Of a stretch of DNA of 64,000 bases, positions 48,616 through 61,207 are shown one piece after another (positions within the stretch are counted from its first letter, which is position 1; each line of letters starts with the position of its first letter). The position numbers and the translations under genes are program-made. A model generated the notes under the pieces. It saw only the letters and a list, made by a program, of their open reading frames with translations. It ran no database searches and was not told where the DNA came from. The stretch comes from Azolla caroliniana (taxonomy: Eukaryota; Plantae; Polypodiophyta), in assembly GCA_043228905.1 (NCBI GenBank), contig JBHGNT010000022.1, positions 4,650,001 to 4,714,000 of the forward strand, given 5' to 3'.

Positions 48616-49034
48616 TGTTACCGGCCGGCAAGGAGTCCAAAATACGGAGTGAAGGAATTATTTAGATATGGTTGTAAATGAGCATAGTGTGGACGGACGG
48701 ATTGGAAACGGTATGCCGTTCCAGATCCGGACGGATCCTGAATAGGTGCGAGAGGCACCGTTTTGTACTACGGGCCGGAAACCTATTTAAAGGCCCGGAC
48801 CCCATTGTAATCACAACGGATAATTAATAGAGCTTATGATGTTTATACTTCTGTCTTGATTTCCGTTCTGTAATTACTGTTATATCTTACGCGTGTAATT
48901 AACCAAAGCATTCTAATCGTGTAACTTACGTAAGTTGGTGTAATCGTTGAATCTTAATCCTATGCCGTAATCACCCTTTGGTGAAGTGTCTCCGTGACAC
49001 CTTGTGTTAGGCCTTGTCCGGCTAGCGAATAACA
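48616..49034 (+). repeat. 3' LTR of G-C
   Basis: Direct repeat of 34810-35228. Confidence 0.96.
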
Positions 49035-49361
49035 GTGAGCGCTCCTCACTGGGCCTGCATCATCCGGATCTTGCCAGGCACTCGTCATCCGGTTCTCACC
49101 GGGTCTTCCGTAGCCGGGTACTCCTCATCCGGTTCTCACCGGGTCTGCATCATCCGGATCTTGCTAGGCACTCGTCATCCGGTTCTCACCAGGTCTTCCG
49201 TACCCGGGTACTCCTCATCCGGTTCTCACCAGGTCTGCATCATCTGGATCTTGCCGGGCACTCATCATCCGGTTCTCACTAGGTCTTCCGTTTCCAGGTA
49301 CTCCTTCATCCGACGCTTGTCGGGTCTTCCCATCCGGAGGGAACTGTTTCCTAACATCTTG

Positions 49362-52300
49362 GTCGTACAAGATGCACTGGTACTTGCTCGGACACAGTTA
49401 TTGGAGTTATGTCTACGGAGCTAACGACATGACACCTTATGCGGCACACAGGGACTTCCCAACCTGGGCACAGGCAGCAAGTAGAGTTATCTACTACTTT
49501 GCGTCCAGTGTCAGCAATGAACTGCTTAGCCATATCCGGGACCCCAAGACACCAAAGGAAGCGTGGGGAAACCTGAAGAAGGTCTTCGCCACAAGCACCA
49601 CGGCCCAGAAGCTGCAATTCTAACAGGAGTTAAGCAATGTCCGATAGCCACACATGTCGGTGGCCGACTACACGGCCCTGATCAAAGACATCTGCGACTC
49701 ACTTTCCTCTATCAACGTGAACGTTGAGGAAGATGAGATGGTGCAGGTCTGTCTCAAAGGCCTAGCGTCAAAGTTCGGAGCATTCCGGACAGCGGTCTGT
49801 ACAAGGGAGAATACGCCCTCATTTTTTTGACTTACAGTAGATGCTCCTTGTAGAGGAGAACCACATGGGTGCGTCAACAAGCACACACACCAACAACAAG
49901 ATGTTGTACATGGAGGCGGATCAGTCCCATTGTCGTGGCGGATTGGCACGCGGTTGAAGCGGCCGACAAGAGAAAAATCGAAGGATGGTGCCGACAACAG
50001 TTCCAGACCCTACGGGAGTAGGGGGAGTCAACGTGGTGCCGCAACGGAATGTTGGTACTGTGGCCAGAAGGGCCACACAGAGAGCGAGTGCTAGAAAAAG
50101 CGTGCCGATTCGGGAAGGAACCGGTTCTGGAGATGGATCGGGCTCAACCTTTCTCATGAAACACAAGGCCAATTTGATGAAGACAAGCACCTCGAAACTG
50201 AATGAGGTATGGTACGTTGATTCTGGAGCGTCAAACCACATGACAAGCCACGAGGAAACTTTTTCTTATCTAGAAAAACCGGAACAACCGGGGCTGGTCG
50301 AAACTCGAGACGACACCCCGCATACCATCGAGCACATCAGTGAGGTTCCCCTCAACCATGTTAGGCAAAAGGGAAAGTTGATGAACATCCTGCACGTCCC
50401 GACAATCACGAAGAATCTCATGTTAGTCGGACAAAATATTGATCAAGGGTTGCATGTTCGGTTCACACACCTCAGATGTTTCATCGAAGAAGAGGGCAAA
50501 GGCATTGCGCAAGGGCGCCGCGACGGAAGGATGTTTATTCTCGAAAAAACGAATGATGTCGGCACCGCTATGTTCGCAAAAGGGTAGAAGGTCGAGTCAG
50601 ACATCGACCTGTGGCATAAGAGGATCATCCACATCAACTTCCAGAAGCTTCATGAGTTGAAGTCGAAACACATGGTTTACGGACTGCGAAAGTTTAGTAG
50701 CAGGAAAGGCCAAATCTATTAAGCGTGCCAGCTCGGGAAGCAACATAGACTTCCATTCCCCAATGAGAAGAATCAGAGCCGGAATCAACATGATCTCATC
50801 CATTCGGATGTGTGAGGATTAACACAAAACATGAGCATTGGTGGGAGTCGGTATTTCGTCTCCTTCATCAATGATTTCACCTGACACACTTGGATCTATC
50901 TAATTGAGAAGAAAAGCAAAGTCTTCTCGTGTTTCCTGGATTTGAAGAACCTTGTTGAACACGAGACCGGAAGAAAGATCAAGTGTCTAAGATGCAATGG
51001 CGGAAAAGGATACTTTTCTGGCCAATTCACGAGTTATCTACAGACAAAGGGAATAAGATGGGAGTTCTCCTCTAGATACACACCGGAGCAGAACGACGTG
51101 GCCGAGCGTCAGAATAGGAGGCGGGTAGAAGCGGCAAGGGTGATGATTGAGGAGAAAAGCATGCCCAAGTTCTATTAGGCCGAAGCAATTCAGGTGGCTA
51201 TCTAAATCCTAAATCGGATATGTACCTCAAGGAGAAAGGTGTCGCCGCATGAATTGTATTTCAAGCGTAAGCCAAATTTGGCACACCTTCGGGATTTCGG
51301 TAACATTGCATATGTATGTACTGAAGGAAAAACAGAGGAAGTTAGACACGACAGCCTAAAACTGCATTCTCATCGGCTACTCGGATAAACAAATGGGTTA
51401 TAAGTGTTATAACCCCCGATCGAAAGCAGTCTGAGTAAGCCGAGATGTCGTTTTTGATGAATCAGCATCTTGGTACTTCTCTCCACCCAAACCCGTGGCG
51501 ATTGTTGTAGATGATTTGATGGAATCCGGAACAAAGAGAAGCATCACGAAATCCGAACAGCCGGATAGTCCGACTTCTCTCCGGATGAGTGGACTGAATC
51601 CGGACTTGTTGAGCCAGAGTGGTCAACCGGATGAGAGCCGGTGAGTAGTGAAGACTCGTCCGTGCTCTCCCCGCGCAAGGAACCGAGGAGATGATTCACG
51701 TGCAAAGAAAAGGGAATGAAGAAGATGTCGGGGTACGACACCGGCCGAGCCGAGTTGGATTGGAGCGAATTCGACTTCGACAAAACCGAAAAGAAACCTC
51801 TGAGGAATAGGTCGAAATCGGCCGAGAAGGCCACGAAATCGGCGAATCAAGATTTGGGCCGATCCACCCGCCAGAAAAACCCCGTGAAGAGGTACGGGTA
51901 CAATGAGTATATGGCACATCATTATGTGTACATGTCAAAGGTGGCAGTCATGCATGAGCCAGAGAGCTATGCCGATGCGAGTAAGGATCCGAATTGGCAC
52001 AAGGCCATGGAGGAAGAGATGCACGCACTCATGGAAAACGAAATGTGGGATTTAGTTGATGTACCAAAAGGGATGAAGCCGATGGGTATACAAAGTGAAA
52101 TACAACATCGATGGATCAATCAACAAGTATAAGGCCTGATTAGTGGCGAAGGGCTACGTGCAACAACGCGGCATCAATTATGATGAGATGTTTTCCCCGG
52201 TCGCGAAGATGATGACCGTCCATGTCCTGCTTCCGGTGGCAGCGGCGAAGGGTTGGCATCTCAATCAGATGGATGTGAAAAACATGTAACAGTTTCTGCA

Positions 52301-52416
52301 AGGTTATCTTCAAGAACAGGTGTTTATGGTTCAGCCCCCCGGATTTCAGTCCAGAGTGAACACATCGGCTGTATACCGATTGCAAAAGTCCTTCTACAAA
52401 CTCAAGCAAGCCCCGC
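49362..52416 (+). pseudogene. gag-pol: C2 gag-pol, decayed, cut in RT at KQAP
   Basis: Fragments WYVDSGASNHM, KIKCLRCNGGKGY and EPESYADA are colinear with C3. Confidence 0.9.
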
Positions 52417-52869
52417 AGTCGTGAAAAATCCGTCACTATGTGCAGATCGTGAGGCGGAACCGCTAGGGTTATGGACTGGAAGGATTTAGAGCTCACCCGC
52501 ACAACACAAGCAAGATTTACACATAAGACACATAGGTGAAAGAAAACATTCGTTTATATCAAAATAAAAGATTCTTTTATAATATAAGAATTGTATTAGA
52601 ACGGATTGGATATGAAAATGAGAGATTGTTTTCCAAAGAATCGAGAGAAGAAGAAAAAACAATGGAGAAAAAAAAAGAGTGGAATATATAAGGAGTTCTT
52701 TGTTGATCATGGCCCTTGAAGTTCAGTTGCATGTGTCCACACCTGACCTTTACTTTAGTTGCATGCATCCACTTTTAGTTGCTTGGCCTCCACTTTTAGT
52801 TGCATGCGACGTCCGTATAATTCGGCCATATGATCCAATCATCCATAAAGTTCGGCCCATGTGCGCACA

Positions 52870-53505
52870 TGTCCTAACCGAGTCGTGGACACCTCCGTGC
52901 GCACACACGTTCTGACTGAGCCGTGGACACGTCCGTGCGTACACACGTCCCGACTACTACGAACGCTCAAACCGTGCAAGCATCCGTGCGCGCACGCGTC
53001 TCGACTGAGCTGTGCATGCATCCCGACCCATCCCGACCCATACACGTTCCGACTGAGCGGTGCAAGCATCCGTGCAAGTGCGTCCCGACCCGTCACCAAG
53101 CCGTCCAAGCATCCGTGCGCGTGCGTGTTCTGACCCCGACCCGTCACCTAGCCGTGCAAGTATCCGTGTGCGCACACGTCCCGACTGAGCCGTGCAAGCA
53201 TCCGTGCGCGCACACATCCCGACTGAGCCGTGCAAGCATCCGTGCGCGCGCACATCCCGATTGAGCCGTGCAAGCATCCGTGCGCGTGCACATCCCGACT
53301 GAGCCGTGCAAGCATCCGTGCGTGCGCACATCCCGACCCGTCATCGAGACGTGCAAGCATCTGTGCGCGTGCGTGTTCCAACCGAGCCGTGCAAGCATTT
53401 GACCCCCCGACTAAGCCATGCACGCATCCCGACCCATCACTGAGTCGTGCACTCATCCATGTGCGCGTCTACGAGCGCTCAAACCGTGTAAGCATTCATG
53501 CACAC
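52870..53505. repeat. CpG-rich tandem array (about 38-bp unit) in the X2 LTR
   Basis: The unit 'cccgactgagccgtgcaagcatccgtgcgcgcacacat' is repeated with variation. Confidence 0.9.
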
Positions 53506-53509
53506 GCGT

Positions 53510-54873
53510 TGTCGCGAAAATACGACGAGGATACGTGAACTTTGAGGCAGGAGCCCGGGGCCTCCGACCGGAAGATATCAGATTCTTATGATTATATTAA
53601 ACAATTAATACAAAATGATAAAGATTCACAAATTTCATTAATAAAGGGAAAGAAAGATTACAATCAATCTCAAGATTGAGATTACAAAAGTTTTATCTTA
53701 AGGAGATTGCTAGAATAATAGATTAGAAGAAACTAAGATATGGATTCCATAGAGATTTAGGGTTCTTGGCTTTGATAAGAGATTATGGTTATATGAGTAT
53801 TATGGCTTCCATAGGGAAGATTAGCGTTTTTTAGTGTCATCACTTCCGTAGGGAAGATTAACGTTTTTGAGTGTTATGGCTTCCGTAGGGAAGATTAGGG
53901 TTTATGAGAGATCTGGCTTCCCTAAGATAAGGGAGTTGAGAAGGAAAAGAAAATTAAGATAATATGGAGAGTCTGAGTGTAAGAAAAAAAATGGAGTATA
54001 TATAGAGTTCTCCCTTGATCATGGCCTTTCCACTTTTTGTTGCATGGCCTCTACTTTTAGTTGCCTAGCTTTTTCTTTTGGTTGCCTCTATTTTTTAGTT
54101 GTATGGCTTTTTCTTTTAGTTGCATGTGACCGTCCACATGACCTTTACTTTTTGCATGCCCTCCAACTTTAGTTGCTTGCGTCCACATGGCCTTTACTTT
54201 AGTTCTCTTCACTTTACTTTAGTTTGTTGCATGATCCAATCTTCCGTCCGTCCGCATCCAACCTCGTCCGGTAGCCGGTTCCATTTTGCTTATCGGCCGG
54301 TTCTGGTTCCGGTTTTGCTTACCGGTCGGTTTCCGGTTCTGGTTTGCTTACCGGTTCCGGTTCCGGTTTTGCTTATCAGCCGATTTCCGGTTTTGCTTAC
54401 CGGCTAGTTTCCGGTTTGCATACCGGTTCCGGTTCCGATTTTGCTTACCGGCCGGTTTCCAGTTTGCATACCGGCCGGTTTCCGGATTTGCTTACCGGAC
54501 CGGTTTCTGGTTTTGCTTACCGGCCGATTTTCGAATTTGTTTACCAGCCGGTTTCCGGTTTTAGGGAATTTGGCCACCATCATCCATTAAGACAAAGTGG
54601 CCAAAGTGCTCTTAGCACAAATGAAAAATGAGGGAGCTCAAGGTGCTTATATAGCCAGGGCCTTAACTTTCCTATCTATGTGGGATAGTTCTAATTTCCC
54701 TATCTTCTCAAACTTTATTTTCACATAACTTGATATGTATTTCTCCAGTTTGTATATAGTAAAATACGTTTTGAAGCTCTTGAGTATATCCATCTTTCTA
54801 TAGTAAGCTACTAATCTAATCTATAATAATTATTTCATTATTTTTTACATAGTGTGTGAAGATTCACACGATA
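53510..54873 (-). mobile_element. Solo LTR related to X1, nested in the X2 LTR, with a (ttttgcttaccggccggtttccgg)-type array at about 54270-54562
   Basis: TSD GCGT/GCGT; both ends are homologous to 2093-3121. Confidence 0.88.
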
Positions 54874-55338
54874 GCGTTCCGACTGACCCGCGACAGAGCC
54901 GTGCACTACGAATGCTCAAAACAATTTGTGCACTACAGATCGCACCAAATAGTCGAACGTCTTGTGAAAACAAGTCGTGCACTATGGAGAACCCATGCAC
55001 CAAGCACCTAGATGTGAATTAAGGGGTTTGAGATCTACTTATATAATGTGGGATATGACGTTGTCCTATCTATGTGGGATATCTCATAGTTTTGTTTTCC
55101 TTATCTTCTCAACTTCATACACATATAACTTGATACTTAGTTGTTCGTTTCATATGTAGAAAAATGCATTTGAAAGCTCTTGAAGACGTCCATGTTTTTG
55201 TACTAAGCCATTTAAGCTAGTCTAATTTTTTTTTTCACTATTTTTTTATATCGTGTGTGACGAACCACGACATTCACCCCCACCAAACTTGCACATCCAC
55301 CGGTATGTGCCAATTGTTGTGAGGTTCCTCTTTTGAAA

Positions 55339-57037
55339 TTATTCTTTTTCAACCTCCATGCTCGAGGCCACATCGTCTAAAGCTTTGATTCCAAGATTTG
55401 GGGCCTCTCTTCTCTTAAAGATCTTGATTCTCTTTCTTGCAATTGGCAAAGCAAGTCGAGTTCCATCTAACTCTGCTAAAAAATAGGTTGCTTTGCTTTC
55501 AATTTTCTTGACCATATATGGGTTAAACCATTGTTTTGCAAACTTTCGAGCAATGCTATATTGATTATCAAGGCTACTATCATAGACAAGTACCCAATCT
55601 CCTTCTTCAAATTTTCTTTGACGAAGACGATGCTTTTTATCAAAATTCTCCTTATTCCTCAATCTAGCCTGGCGCAACCGTTCTATTGCCAATTCGACAT
55701 CTTCAGGCCTCCGTTCTAATTGTTGAATCCGTGTAGCTAGCAAGTATTCTCAACTCATTTCCTCTTGCCATGACAAAGATGTCCACGAAGCAAAACTTTG
55801 CTCGATAGGCAATATTGGTTTTTGCCCTAATATGAGCTCGGTCAACATATATCCTATAGTCGTGCTATGTGTAGTTCTATCAGCCCACAATGCATACAGT
55901 AGTAATCGTGGCCAGTCCCCCATCTGCCCATTGTAAGCCTTTGCTAGAGCTTTAACAATCGGACTATGTCCTCGTTCCACCTTCCCATTCGCATCCAGGT
56001 TGTATGGCATGGTGAGTGATAATTTGATGCCTATCCTTGAAAAGAGCTCTCTAAATTCATTTGCATTTAATTCTCCCCTATCGGCTACTATTTTGCCGAC
56101 ACATCCGTATCGACAAATAACATCTTCAAGGAGAAACTTACAAACCGCCGAAGTTGTTTTATTCCTTAATGCCTGACCTTCTACTTGATTGGTGATATCC
56201 TTTCTTGCTAGCGCGAGATACTTCATTTGCCCCAATCCCATCGACATAACAACTATGTCTACCAACCACTTATAATGCATTGATAATGGATATGTCGGAT
56301 GAAGTCCATCCCAATGTTGAACATTTGAGTACAATTGACATTGCACACATGGTTCTACATAGCTTGCTACATCTTTGTAAACACCCGGCCACCAATACTT
56401 CTCCTTTAGCTTTGCAAAAGTTGCACATATACCTCGATGACCTGCCCACACATTATCCTGAAATTCAGCAATTAGGATTTCTCGATCTTGTTTCTTGCAC
56501 ACCACTTGAAGCGGAGTTCCATTCTTCCTCTTTGGAAACTTCCATAGATGTCCTTCTTTGAGGAAGAACTTGTAGGCCTTCTTCCTAATTCAGTATAAGT
56601 CTTCCTTTGACCATGATTCATCCTTTGTAAGAGAGCTCAAGTACTTGCCAATTTCGATGAATTCACCCTCATAATCTTCTACTTTAAACACTGCTAGCAC
56701 CTGAGCACAAGAAACCGTAAAGAAGTTTAGGCCAACATCCTCTTCGTCGGAGCGCAAATCTTCTTCACTCTCATACCTTGCCCTTGACAACATATCAGCC
56801 ACCACATTATGCTTCCCATTTATATGTCGAATCTCGGGGTTGAGGGACTTGATATAGGCAATCCATCACAACATAGCAATATCCAGTGTAGCACAATTGG
56901 ATATCATCCCGAGAATAGGTAGACAATCAGTTTCGATTATGACCTCTGTTTCGATAAGGTAGTCATGATTGGTTTTTACCGCGGATACTATTCCCCATAG
57001 CTCTCTCTTTACTTGGGCATACATTCTTTGTCTTTCG
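55339..57037 (-). pseudogene. pol: X2 RNase H end and integrase; no chromodomain seen
   Basis: Motifs KRELWGIV, ETDCLPI, VADMLSR, WAGHRG, CVQCQ, IVADRGE and ANGKVERGH. Confidence 0.9.
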
Positions 57038-57339
57038 TGAGAGGAATAGCGCGGAATATTGCTCGACCACAATTGAGTCTTGAATCACTTCTATGCGAAT
57101 GAAACACAAAAATGGGAAATGGAGAGTACACAAAGGAAATACCCAGAATGTTTACGTGGAAAACCCAAATAGGGAAAAACCACGGGAGCTCACGGACTCC
57201 AACTATCACTATGGGAGAAAGGTACAATCAGAGACTCGTAGCCAATGATCTCGAGTATCTCTCTATATCTCACACACTCTCTCTTTGTCGCTCTCTCTGT
57301 ACAATAGTTACAACAGTATGACAACTATAACCTTTGCGT
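57038..57339 (-). repeat. Copia LTR fragment (C1-related) inserted in X2 RH and itself interrupted by X3
   Basis: 'acgtggaaaacccaaa tagggaaaaaccacgg' as in the C1 LTR; starts 'tgagagg'. Confidence 0.7.
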
Positions 57340-59419
57340 TGTCGTGATGTTTCTAACACATAGTGTGAAACCACCCTCGAAAGGAAGTAAAATAGTAGTT
57401 GAAATAAACTAGTATTGTGAAGTCAACTTTATTGGTAGAAAAAATACTTTTTCATTTTCCAAAGATAATTCCTTATAAATAAATGGTCAAAGTATTGAAC
57501 CTTACAATAAATAATGATGAATATTAAGTTAGAGGCAGTTTTCAAAAGTAGACAAAAGTAGAGAAAAAGATGGAGTGAAAAAATAAAAGCACGCGTGGAT
57601 ATGAGGAGCACAGTAGAGAAAAAAGCTCATAATTTCCTTGTCAGATGTCCAAATAAGAAATCTAAACCAAAGAGCTTTCCAAGAATTATCTTGCATGTGA
57701 AATTTGGGACTAGAAAACAAAAATAGTGAGGAAAAGAAAAGTCAACTTATATATACAAGCTTTTTTTTAGGGGAAAAAGGCAATCAATTCTAAACCTATA
57801 AATAAGAGCCTATTTTAGTGAAGAAGGGGGGGAGGGAGAAGGAACGCGGAAGCTCTACTCAATTGGAAAATGGAAGAAGAAGGATCAACAACATCGAGAT
57901 GCATCATCAACAAAGAAACTCCTTCTATACTCCACTCTCTTCTTTCCTCCACCTCTCTTACCCCATTCATTTATAAATAATCCTTTGTATTTGCATCCAA
58001 CCCATTGTTACCCTATCGAAAGGATGACCCTCCCTTGAGAAGAAGTCACGTTTCCCTCCCTTGCTCTCCCTCTCCAACTAACGTCTCTCTCTCCCTCTCT
58101 ACATCTCTATGTGTGTATGTGTGTGTTGAGAAACATACAACTCAAGTTTGGGCGCCATTGATTTCAAGCAAGTAAGGAAGTGTATGTAGCTAATTAAAGC
58201 TAAACAGATCAAGGAAGTTGAGAGAAAGCATGTTTAGGAAGCAAGAAGAAGAGTTGAACTCCATGGCAAAATATGTCCATAGTTAGGCCTCCCAACTATG
58301 TCTCTACAAGTTGCTGCAAGGTCCCAAAAAGAAGGTGGTTTAGACCTTTGGTCTGACAAAGATGGACCTGAACGTTTTTTAATCTCAAGCTCTTCACGGC
58401 TATGGCCTGTATCATCACTCCCACTCAATCTCTTTCTTCCCAACTCTTACCCCATCCCCCTTTTTACCCTTCTTGATTCATCATTCAGTACTGCAGAAAA
58501 CCCTAATCCTAAAAGCTAGACACATAGTTAGATTCTTCTCTTACGTTTTCCTTTTGTGACAAAACCCCTAATCCATGATCTTCCGTCCCTACTTGATCCC
58601 CTTGTGGTATTCTTGAACCTTAGCTAGCCTCCCCTTCTTGTTCCATTGCGAAGCTCTAGTCACTTGCTCTACAACAGTTATCCCATCAATGTTATTTTTA
58701 TAGATGTAGGACACGTTGTTATGCAAGTATGCGTGGTTGCTGTCAAGAAAGGTCAGTCGAAAGTGATGAGTCATGCTTTTGACTGATCCCTAAGTGTAAG
58801 GGACTGTGAAGAATTTCTATTTGATGATCCCTAAGTTCAAATACAAGTACAAGATTGATGGCCATTCTGACGCAAGAGCATTACAGATTCTTACTAAGAT
58901 TCTTACAAATTACCAAGATTTTTACTAATGTCTTCAAGGAGCCTAGCAGGACCAAGAATGCTAGTGAATGTATGGCTCGAGGTTGTGTTGTCTAGTGTGC
59001 TATGTCTTGAGTGAAAAGAAAAATCGACTCATATAGACAAGCTTTTTTATAGGGGAAAAAGGCAAGCAATCCTAAACCTATAAATAAGAGCCTATTCTAG
59101 TGAAGAAGGGGAGGAGGGAAAAGGAACGCGGAAGCTCTACTCAATTGGAAAATGAAAGAAGAAGGATCAACAACATCGAGAGACATCATCAACAAAGAAA
59201 CTCCTTCTATACTCCACTCTCTTCTTTCCTCCACCTCTCTTCCCCCATTCATTTATAAACAATCCTTCATATTCGCATCCAACCCATTGTAACATGATTC
59301 TTATATTATAAAAGAATCTATTATATTGATATAAACTAATGTTTTCTTTCATCTACTTGTGCTATGTGTAAATCTTGATTGTGCTTATTTGTTATTGTCA
59401 TTTGTGCTTATTTGTTTAT

Positions 59420-61070
59420 GTGTCCTGTGACAAGGGAGCGTTTTGGGCTTGCCCATGCACCCCTCCTTTCACAAAGGCATTCAAACCTACATGTCTTACA
59501 TGTTAACATCGTTTGTGCTTATTTTCTTGTGTGTCTTGTGACAAGGGAGCGTTTCGGGCTTGCCCATGCACGTCTCCTTTCACAAAGGCATTCAAACTTA
59601 CGTGTCTTGCGTGTTAGTGTAAATCTTGCTTGTGTGTTCATGCGACTTGTGGCAAGGGAGCGTTCGGGCTTGCCCATGCACCTCTCCTTTCACAAAGGCA
59701 TTCGAAATTGTGTCTCCCGTGTGTAAACCTTGCTTGTGTGTCCATGAGACTTGTGCCAAGGGAGAGTTCAGGCTTGCCCATGCACCTCTCCTTTCATAAA
59801 GGCATTCAAAATTGTCTCTCCCGTGTGTAAACCTTGCTTGTGTGTTCGTGCAACTTGTGGCCAGGGAGCGTTCGGGCTTGCCCATGCACCTCTCCTTTCA
59901 CAAAGGCGTTCGAAATTGTGTCTCCTGTTGTCGTAGTGTAGGTTGCACACTATGTGGAAATTATATTTTTGTCCCTCCGGATAGAGAATGGAGTGCTCGG
60001 TGAGAACCGGAAGAAAACGGCATACCGGCAAGGAGGAAAACGGCATACCGGCAAGGAGGAAAAACGGCATACCGGCAAGGAGGAAAACGGCATACCGGCA
60101 AGGAAGAAAACGGCATACCGGCAAGGAAGAGCCGGATAAAGAGACATAAATGTAAAAAAAAAGGAAATACTCACTACTGCGCAAGGCGTGATTCGAACTC
60201 TACACCTCCACGTTGACAAACCCCAACCTTACCATTACATTAAATTATCTTAAGTGTTTTAAATATAGATTTAATATGTATAAGACCTTTATTTATGCAT
60301 ACCTTTATTAAAAGGTAAATCGTGTATTTCTTTAATATATGAAAAAGAAAAAACACGAGACACTAAAAATAACTCATGCACATCTAGCGTGCATGAGCCC
60401 TATACTTAGGAAATAAAAAAAAAGCATCACATGCACATTTAGTGTGCATGAACATATGAGAAAAAGCATGTAGCTATGCTTAGTCTCTCCCATCACTATA
60501 TAAGGATGGGGAGCACATTGTAGTTGTTGTTGATTATTTGGATTAAGTATTAATCAATACAAAAATTATTCGTGGGATTCACGATTTATACATCTACTTC
60601 TCTCTTAACACCCTAAGTACCAATTAATATAGTATACTCGTGTGATTCACGATTTTTCTTATCTTTCTCTTCGCTATTTATTCATAATTAATCTCTATCT
60701 CACGAACTTCTTTCTCCTAGTCCAAGACCTCTGTGGTTCCCACCCGACTCACGCAACGATCCGGAGCCGAAAGGCACGACACCGTGTATAAACCTTGCTT
60801 GTGTATTCACGTCTTTTGTAACAAGGGAGCGTTCGGACTTGCCCATGCACTTCTCTTTTCACAAAGGCATTCGAAACTCTGTCTCTCGTGTGTTTAGGTA
60901 AGTCTTTTCCTTGTGTGTCTGTGTGTAAGCCTTCCTCACGTGCCTTTGTTCCCCTTGTCACTAGGGGTTGATTCGGGCTTGCCCATGCACCTCACCTTTT
61001 CACAAAAACGTTCGAATACTCGTGCCTTGTTTGTGTAAGCCTTCCTTGTGTTATGCGTGTAAGCCCTATT
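59420..61070. repeat. Tandem array of about 105-110 bp in the X3 LTR (about 7 copies), split by a solo LTR
   Basis: Recurrent 'caagggagcgttcgggcttgcccatgcacctctcctttcacaaaggcattcgaaa'. Confidence 0.85.
59929..60781 (+). mobile_element. Diverged solo LTR of family S with a 23-24-bp tandem repeat (about 60010-60128)
   Basis: Starts tgtcgtagtg and ends gaaaggcacgaca. Flanks are CTGT/CCGT, a TSD with one C>T change. Confidence 0.9.
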
Positions 61071-61207
61071 TCCTTCCCGTCCATAACCCCGGAGGTTCCG
61101 CCTCACCATCCACACATAGTGATAGATTTTCACGACAGAATAAAGTGGTGAACTTGACCTGAAGAGGTGGTAGGAAGGATTAAGTGCTTGAAATAGAAGA
61201 CTAGAAG

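Larger units (their letters stand above)
34810..49034 (+). mobile_element. Gypsy element G-C, full length and young, inserted in the C1 5' LTR
   Basis: TSD GTGAG (34805-34809 and 49035-49039). The 419-bp LTRs at 34810-35228 and 48616-49034 show three transitions by eye. Confidence 0.96.
6058..49356 (-). mobile_element. Copia element C1 (Tnt1/Tork-like), full length, expanded to 43 kb by nested insertions
   Basis: 5-bp TSD TCTTG (6053-6057 and 49357-49361). The 778-bp LTRs are 6058-6835 and 34349-34809 plus 49040-49356. PBS-Met at 34345->34334 and PPT at 6847->6836. Confidence 0.95.
5490..52416 (+). mobile_element. Copia element C2, host of the nest. Own sequence is 5490-6057 plus 49362-52416; the 3' part is displaced by X2
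   Basis: The 5' LTR at 5490-5894 is homologous to the C3 LTR, with a decayed PBS at 5895. Gag MDRGMASSLLTEKLDRSNYAS|WSYKMH rejoins across the C1 insertion. Confidence 0.85.
52417..57037 (-). mobile_element. Gypsy element X2, 3' part: RH-IN, PPT (55284->55273) and long 3' LTR (55272->52417)
   Basis: The LTR end is homologous to 61070-61137. PPT is GGTGGGGGTGAA, and integrase ORFs are present. Confidence 0.85.
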
